A DNA stretch of 64,000 nt from Amylibacter sp. (GTDB lineage Bacteria; Pseudomonadota; Alphaproteobacteria; Rhodobacterales; Rhodobacteraceae), in contig JAQXAV010000052.1 of assembly GCA_029252725.1 (NCBI GenBank), positions 23,081 to 87,080 of the forward strand, given 5' to 3'. Positions within the stretch are counted from its first letter, which is position 1, and the number at the start of each line of letters is the position of its first letter. The notes under the pieces were generated by a model. It saw only the letters and a program-made list of their open reading frames with translations, did not search any database and was not told the origin of the DNA. Made by a program: the position numbers and the translations under genes. Shown here piece by piece: positions 59,001 to 64,000 of this stretch.

Positions 59001-59603
59001 ATGACAAATCATAACGACGATCAAGTAGTTATAAAGCCGAATGCAGATAGCATAGCTCAATCCGCCACGGCCGCCTCAAAAAAAGGCCCACCACCTGTCC
59101 ACTCATGGAATCCCCCCTTTTGTGGCAACCTAGACATGCGCATCGCGCGAGATGGTACATGGTTTTACCTCGGCACTCCCATCGGCCGCAAACCACTTGT
59201 GAAACTTTTCTCCAGCATCATCCGCAAAGACGGTGGGGATTATTTTCTCGTAACCCCAGTTGAAAAAGTTGGCATCAAAGTTGATGATGCTCCGTTTGTT
59301 GCAGTCGACTTTGATGTAGACTCCACCGGCTCTCATTCAAATCTAACTTTCACGACAAACGTAGAAGACAAAGTAACAGCGGGTCCAGACAACCCCATTC
59401 GCGTGATCCGCGACGCCAAAACAGGTGAACCCAGCCCCTACATCTTAGTGCGCGCCAATCTTGAGGCTCTAATCGACCGAAAATCTTTCTACCGCCTTGT
59501 TGACATGGGTGAATATGATACAATCGGTGACGAAAACTGGTTCGGTGTACGCTCATCAGGCACTTTCTTTCCTATCATCCCCTCGAATGAACTAGACATC
59601 TAG
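59001..59603 (+). CDS. DUF1285 family protein
   Basis: PPVHSWNPPFCG.LDMRIARDGTWFY.G.PI.R..LVKLFS, LVTPVEK, DDAPF, PYILVR..LEA. Confidence 0.9.
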   Translation: MTNHNDDQVVIKPNADSIAQSATAASKKGPPPVHSWNPPFCGNLDMRIARDGTWFYLGTPIGRKPLVKLFSSIIRKDGGDYFLVTPVEKVGIKVDDAPFVAVDFDVDSTGSHSNLTFTTNVEDKVTAGPDNPIRVIRDAKTGEPSPYILVRANLEALIDRKSFYRLVDMGEYDTIGDENWFGVRSSGTFFPIIPSNELDI

Positions 59604-60115
59604 TCAGCCTAGAGTGATGCACCTTGCCTGCTGCTTTGCCTTTGGGAGGCTCTAAATGCAAAAATTATCAAACTCGCTTTGTTAGACCCTCGTGACCGTT
59701 TCATCATAATCTGTCCCAAAGGCACGATTTCAAAAACCAGGTAAGAGGCTATCATCAGTTAAAGGAACCGGTACCGTACGCATATCATATGCAATTGGAA
59801 ATATTACCCCCTTGTATATGATGTTTGGCCACGCAAATAAAATGTAGACATTGTGGTCAGCATTGTTTCACACCATGCCGGCCCTTTTAGATACCGAACC
59901 AGACATAGCAAAAAACCGCTACACCTAATACGCAGTCAATGAGGCAGTCACACACACTCAATCACGCGCACGTATTAGTTCCAAGCACCTCGATCAGGTG
60001 ATCAAAGATAACATTCAACGCAACATGCGAACACTCGGTATTGATCTATCCACTACTGAGAACAGTGCACACAAACTGAGTTGCCACCCATTCGGGCTTA
60101 TGCGAAGTTATTATT

Positions 60116-60721
60116 ATGGAAATCATCACGACTATATCCGAACTCGAAGCACTCTATGACAATGCATCTCCTGCCTCCCTCGACAAAGTCACTCCAGTCA
60201 TCACACCAATGTACCGAACTTGGATCGAGGCCTCTCGATTTTGCATTCTCTCCACCGTTGGGACCGAAGGGACAGATGCCACACCGCGCGGTGATGACGG
60301 CCCAGTAGTCCGTATCACAGACTCCAAAACGCTCTTGATGCCAGACTGGCGCGGCAATAACCGCCTCGACAATTTACGCAACATCGTAATCGATCCCCGA
60401 ATCTCACTAATGTTTATGATTCCAGGCAATTGCAACTTAGTCCGCATAAACGGCACAGCCAAACTAACTGCAGATCCCGAGCTTTGCGCTAGCTTTGCAA
60501 AGAAAGACATTCATCCCAAGATCGTTATCGTCATTACGGTTGATGAACTATATTTTCAATGCGCTAAAGCTATCATGCGATCAGGCCTTTGGAATGGCAC
60601 AGATGATACACTCAACATTCCGACAGCGGGCGATTTGATCAAAGAAATACAGAAAAATTTCGACGGCGAGACTTACGACAATTCCTATTTAGATCACGCG
60701 AGCCAAACGATATGGGGATAA
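60116..60721 (+). CDS. Pyridoxamine 5'-phosphate oxidase family FMN-binding protein
   Basis: DATPRGD, PDWRGNNRLDNLRNI..DPRISLMF.IPG, RING.A, YFQCAKAIMRS.LW. Confidence 0.85.
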   Translation: MEIITTISELEALYDNASPASLDKVTPVITPMYRTWIEASRFCILSTVGTEGTDATPRGDDGPVVRITDSKTLLMPDWRGNNRLDNLRNIVIDPRISLMFMIPGNCNLVRINGTAKLTADPELCASFAKKDIHPKIVIVITVDELYFQCAKAIMRSGLWNGTDDTLNIPTAGDLIKEIQKNFDGETYDNSYLDHASQTIWG

Positions 60722-61092
60722 ACCCAGCATTTTTATTCACCTGGGTCCTGTATGATGTCAAAGATGCTTTGCTTAAGCATGGCGTCTTTCTTGAAACAGT
60801 TGGCCGTCAGAAAATGAGTATAGCCCTGAACAGGCTCTAAACAAACATCTGCTGCTAAACTGAAACACCCGATGGATCGCCGTCAAACCGCCCGATCTCA
60901 TCAGCGAGATCCGAAGAACTAGTTGACTTTAAAGCGCATAGGTTGGGATCGATGCAACTTCTTGACCACCGATTGAACTCTACCCAGCGTTTAAATGCAA
61001 GATAGTGTTATCTAGGATAAGGCGACTAGTTAGGTTTAAATATCTGACCAAATCATTTGAATGGGGATTTCACACTCCACTAAGAATGTTCG

Positions 61093-63912
61093 TCAATGCG
61101 CCTCGGCCCAGTTTGCACCTTGTCCAGCATCGACAATCAACGGCACGTCAATCTGCACAGCAGGCTTCGCTGCACCTTCCATTACGCATTTCGCCACCGA
61201 AATGGTCTCATCAACCGCTTCTTTTGACACCTCGAACAGTAGCTCATCATGAACTTGTAACAACATCCGCGCGGGCAAATGCGTAATTGCATTGGGCATA
61301 CGGATCATTGCACGACGAATAATATCCGCCGCAGTACCCTGGATTGGCGCATTGATCGCAGCCCGCTTCGAAAAGCCTGCCTGCGGTCCTTTTGCACCTA
61401 TATTAGGCGTATGGATTTTGCGCCCAAACAGCGTTTGCACAAAACCGTGTTCCTTCGCAAACGCCACGGTATCATCCATGTAGGTTCGGATTCCAGGGAA
61501 CCGCTCAAAGTACCGATCAATAAATCCCTGTGCATCCTTGCGCGGGATGCGTAAATTACGCGCCAAACCAAATCCGGAAATCCCATAAATCACACCAAAG
61601 TTTATCGCTTTAGCCTGCCTTCGAACGTCAGGCGTCATCTCATCCAGCGGCACATTAAACATCTCTGACGCAGTCAGTGCATGAATATCGATCTTGTTAG
61701 CAAAGGCTTGCCGCAATTCGGGTATTTTCGCAATATGCGCCAAAATTCGCAATTCAATCTGGCTGTAATCAAGTGCAACTAGCACATTTCCCTTTTCCGC
61801 TACAAAAGCCTCACGGATCTTGCGGCCTTCTTCGGTGCGGATTGGAATGTTCTGCAAATTCGGATCAGTGGAAGCTAAACGCCCCGTCGAGGCTCCCGCA
61901 ATGTTGTAAGACGTATGCACCCGCCCCGTCTCAGTATTAATGTGGTTCTGTAACGCATCTGTGTAGGTAGATTTCAGCTTTGACATCTGACGCCAATCCA
62001 GCACCCGCGCAGGCAATTCATTACCTTCTGCCGCCAAATCCTCCAAAATATCTACGCCCGTAGAATAAGCCCCTGTCTTACCCTTCTTGCCACCCTGCAA
62101 GCCCATCTCTTCAAATAAAATCTCCCCCAACTGCTTGGGTGAGCCAACATTGAACGACCTTCCCACCAGTTTATGTATCTCATCCTCCAAACCTACCATC
62201 TTTTGTGCAAAATTGTTAGACATGCGTGACAGCACATCGCGATCTACCATGATCCCATGCATCTCCATTGTCGCCAGAACAGGCACCAAAGGCCGTTCTA
62301 AGGTCTCATAAACTTTGGTAACCCTCGACGAATGCAACTGCGGCTTAAAAAGTTGCCACAAACGCAGCGTGATGTCTGCATCTTCAGCGGCGTATTTTAC
62401 TGCCTCATCAATGGCCACCTGATCAAAAGTTATTGCTGATTTCCCGGCACCTAAAAGGGTCTTGATACTAATTGGCTTGTGATCCAGGTATCGCTCTGAA
62501 AGCGCATCCATCCCATGATTGTGTAGCCCCCCATGCAACGCATAGGATAAAAGCATTGTGTCTTCAATTGGTGCCACCTCTACACCCTGACGGCGTAAAA
62601 TCTTCAGATCATATTTCATGTTTTGGCCAATTTTAATGATCGCATCATCCTCTAACAGAGGTTTAAGCATCTCAATCGCTTCGTCGATATCCATCTGCCG
62701 CTCAGCCAGCTTAGCGCCACCGAACAAATCCCCGTCACCGTCCTTATGAGCTAGCGGAATGTAACAAGCCCGGCCTGGCTGCACACATAAACAAATCCCT
62801 ACTAGATCCACTATCAACTCGTCGAGGCCGGTAGTCTCTGTATCCACCGCAACCCAGCCGCGCTCATAAATTTCATCAATCCAAACCTGTAGCGCCGCGG
62901 CATCCCGAACACATTCATAAGATGCCACCTCAAACGGAACGTTTGCGACAAGACCACTGCCGTTGGAAGTTGATACCTCTGCAGAAACACTTCCCACAGC
63001 GTTAGAAATATCGGGCGCCTCAACTCCCAACTTCGATGCAATCCGCGTCATCAGCGTGCGAAACTCCATCTTCGCTAGAAACCCTAGAACATCCCTCGCG
63101 ACAGGCTCGCGCACTTCCATTTCCACTAGATCAATGTCCAGATCCATATCCTGCTTTAATGTTACCAAATCTCGACTAATTCGAATTTGATCTGCGTAGT
63201 CAATCAGCGTTTGCTTCCGCTTTGGTTGTTTGATCTCTTCCGCCCTCGCTAGCAGGGTATCAAGATCTCCAAACTCATTAATCAACAACGCTGCCGTCTT
63301 GATCCCAATCCCGGGTGCCCCAGGCACATTATCAACGCTATCACCGGCAAGCGATTGAACATCAATGACCCTTTCAGGTGCCACACCAAATTTGTCTTCA
63401 ACTTGTTCCACACCAATACGATTGTTCTTCATGGCATCAAACATCTCGATCCCACCGCCCACCAACTGCATCAAATCCTTATCTGAACTGATTATCGTAA
63501 CCCGCGCGCCCGCATCCCGCGCCTTCACAGCTAGAGTAGCAATAATATCATCTGCCTCAAATCCGACTTCTTCGATACAAGCCAAATTAAACGCCCGTGT
63601 CGCATCACGGGTTAACGGAAACTGCGGCACCAAATCCTCAGGTGCAGGTGGACGGTTCGCCTTGTACTCAGGATAGATATCAGAACGAAACGTTTTACCT
63701 TTGGCATCAAAAATCACCGCACAGTGCGTGGGAGCGTCATGGCCTTGGTTATCTTCAACAAATTTATAAAGCATGTTGCAAAAACCACTTACGGCACCAA
63801 CCGGAAGCCCATCTGATTTACGCGTAAGCGGTGGAAGCGCATGATAGGCCCGAAAAATAAAGCCAGATCCATCGATTAAATGTAGATGATGCCCTTTACC
63901 AATATTAGCCAT
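61093..63912 (-). CDS. polA: DNA polymerase I
   Basis: 5'-exo LIDGSGFIFRAYHA, EADD, DKDL; 3'-exo DTETTG; polymerase LDYSQIELR, RRQAKAINFGVIYG, LQVHDEL. Confidence 0.98.
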   Translation of the reverse strand: MANIGKGHHLHLIDGSGFIFRAYHALPPLTRKSDGLPVGAVSGFCNMLYKFVEDNQGHDAPTHCAVIFDAKGKTFRSDIYPEYKANRPPAPEDLVPQFPLTRDATRAFNLACIEEVGFEADDIIATLAVKARDAGARVTIISSDKDLMQLVGGGIEMFDAMKNNRIGVEQVEDKFGVAPERVIDVQSLAGDSVDNVPGAPGIGIKTAALLINEFGDLDTLLARAEEIKQPKRKQTLIDYADQIRISRDLVTLKQDMDLDIDLVEMEVREPVARDVLGFLAKMEFRTLMTRIASKLGVEAPDISNAVGSVSAEVSTSNGSGLVANVPFEVASYECVRDAAALQVWIDEIYERGWVAVDTETTGLDELIVDLVGICLCVQPGRACYIPLAHKDGDGDLFGGAKLAERQMDIDEAIEMLKPLLEDDAIIKIGQNMKYDLKILRRQGVEVAPIEDTMLLSYALHGGLHNHGMDALSERYLDHKPISIKTLLGAGKSAITFDQVAIDEAVKYAAEDADITLRLWQLFKPQLHSSRVTKVYETLERPLVPVLATMEMHGIMVDRDVLSRMSNNFAQKMVGLEDEIHKLVGRSFNVGSPKQLGEILFEEMGLQGGKKGKTGAYSTGVDILEDLAAEGNELPARVLDWRQMSKLKSTYTDALQNHINTETGRVHTSYNIAGASTGRLASTDPNLQNIPIRTEEGRKIREAFVAEKGNVLVALDYSQIELRILAHIAKIPELRQAFANKIDIHALTASEMFNVPLDEMTPDVRRQAKAINFGVIYGISGFGLARNLRIPRKDAQGFIDRYFERFPGIRTYMDDTVAFAKEHGFVQTLFGRKIHTPNIGAKGPQAGFSKRAAINAPIQGTAADIIRRAMIRMPNAITHLPARMLLQVHDELLFEVSKEAVDETISVAKCVMEGAAKPAVQIDVPLIVDAGQGANWAEAH

Positions 63913-64000
63913 GCGCTCACCTCTAGAATGGAATACTCATTGTTTCGTCGAGCATAAATGAACACTTATGCCTTTGCGATAGCCATTTTAACCTTTACCA

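Noticed and set aside
59604-60115. Assigning this gap to a specific decayed enzyme gene
   Set aside because: Only vague, short resemblances across several frames, not supportable without a translated search.
1-64000. CRISPR arrays, IS elements, integrases, prophage genes or rRNA
   Set aside because: No regularly spaced repeats, transposase or integrase motifs, phage genes or rRNA-like sequence were seen.

Overview
64 kb of chromosome from a marine Rhodobacteraceae (Roseobacter-group) alphaproteobacterium of moderate GC (about 45-50% by eye). No integrase, transposase, prophage or CRISPR array was seen. Bases 1-20114 are an accessory catabolic cluster built around a bacterial microcompartment (BMC) operon with an unusual cargo. 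It encodes one BMC-H, one permuted BMC-T and one BMC-P shell protein, a CoA-acylating aldehyde dehydrogenase, a malate dehydrogenase with an about 88-aa N-terminal extension, an opine-dehydrogenase homologue with degenerate catalytic motifs, a gamma-glutamyl ligase of the glutamine synthetase family and a Rid protein. Around it lie N-methylglutamate-synthase-like genes (mgsABC/glxBCD type), a class I glutamine amidotransferase, a monomeric sarcosine-oxidase-like flavoprotein, a Liv-type ABC transporter, DUF1028, a second Rid protein, a GntR regulator and a GlxA regulator. A repeated TGTATAC motif sits in three intergenic promoter regions of the cluster, suggesting one regulon. No classical BMC signature enzyme, phosphotransacylase or alcohol dehydrogenase is present, so the substrate is unknown; an alkylamine or N-alkyl-amino-acid pathway feeding an aldehyde into the shell is my inference. 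Bases 20111-27198 hold a LacI regulator, a tripartite tricarboxylate transporter and sauST (sulfoacetate use). The rest is mostly core genome: gshA, rsmE, ubiA, OmpA-family gene, moaED, pgsA, uvrC, tRNA-Leu(TAA), a peptide ABC transporter lacking its ATPase, argE, ilvD, gabD, Hsp20, glcDEF and polA. It also contains a DnaA-box/AT-rich element next to uvrC and a decayed MoxR ATPase gene.
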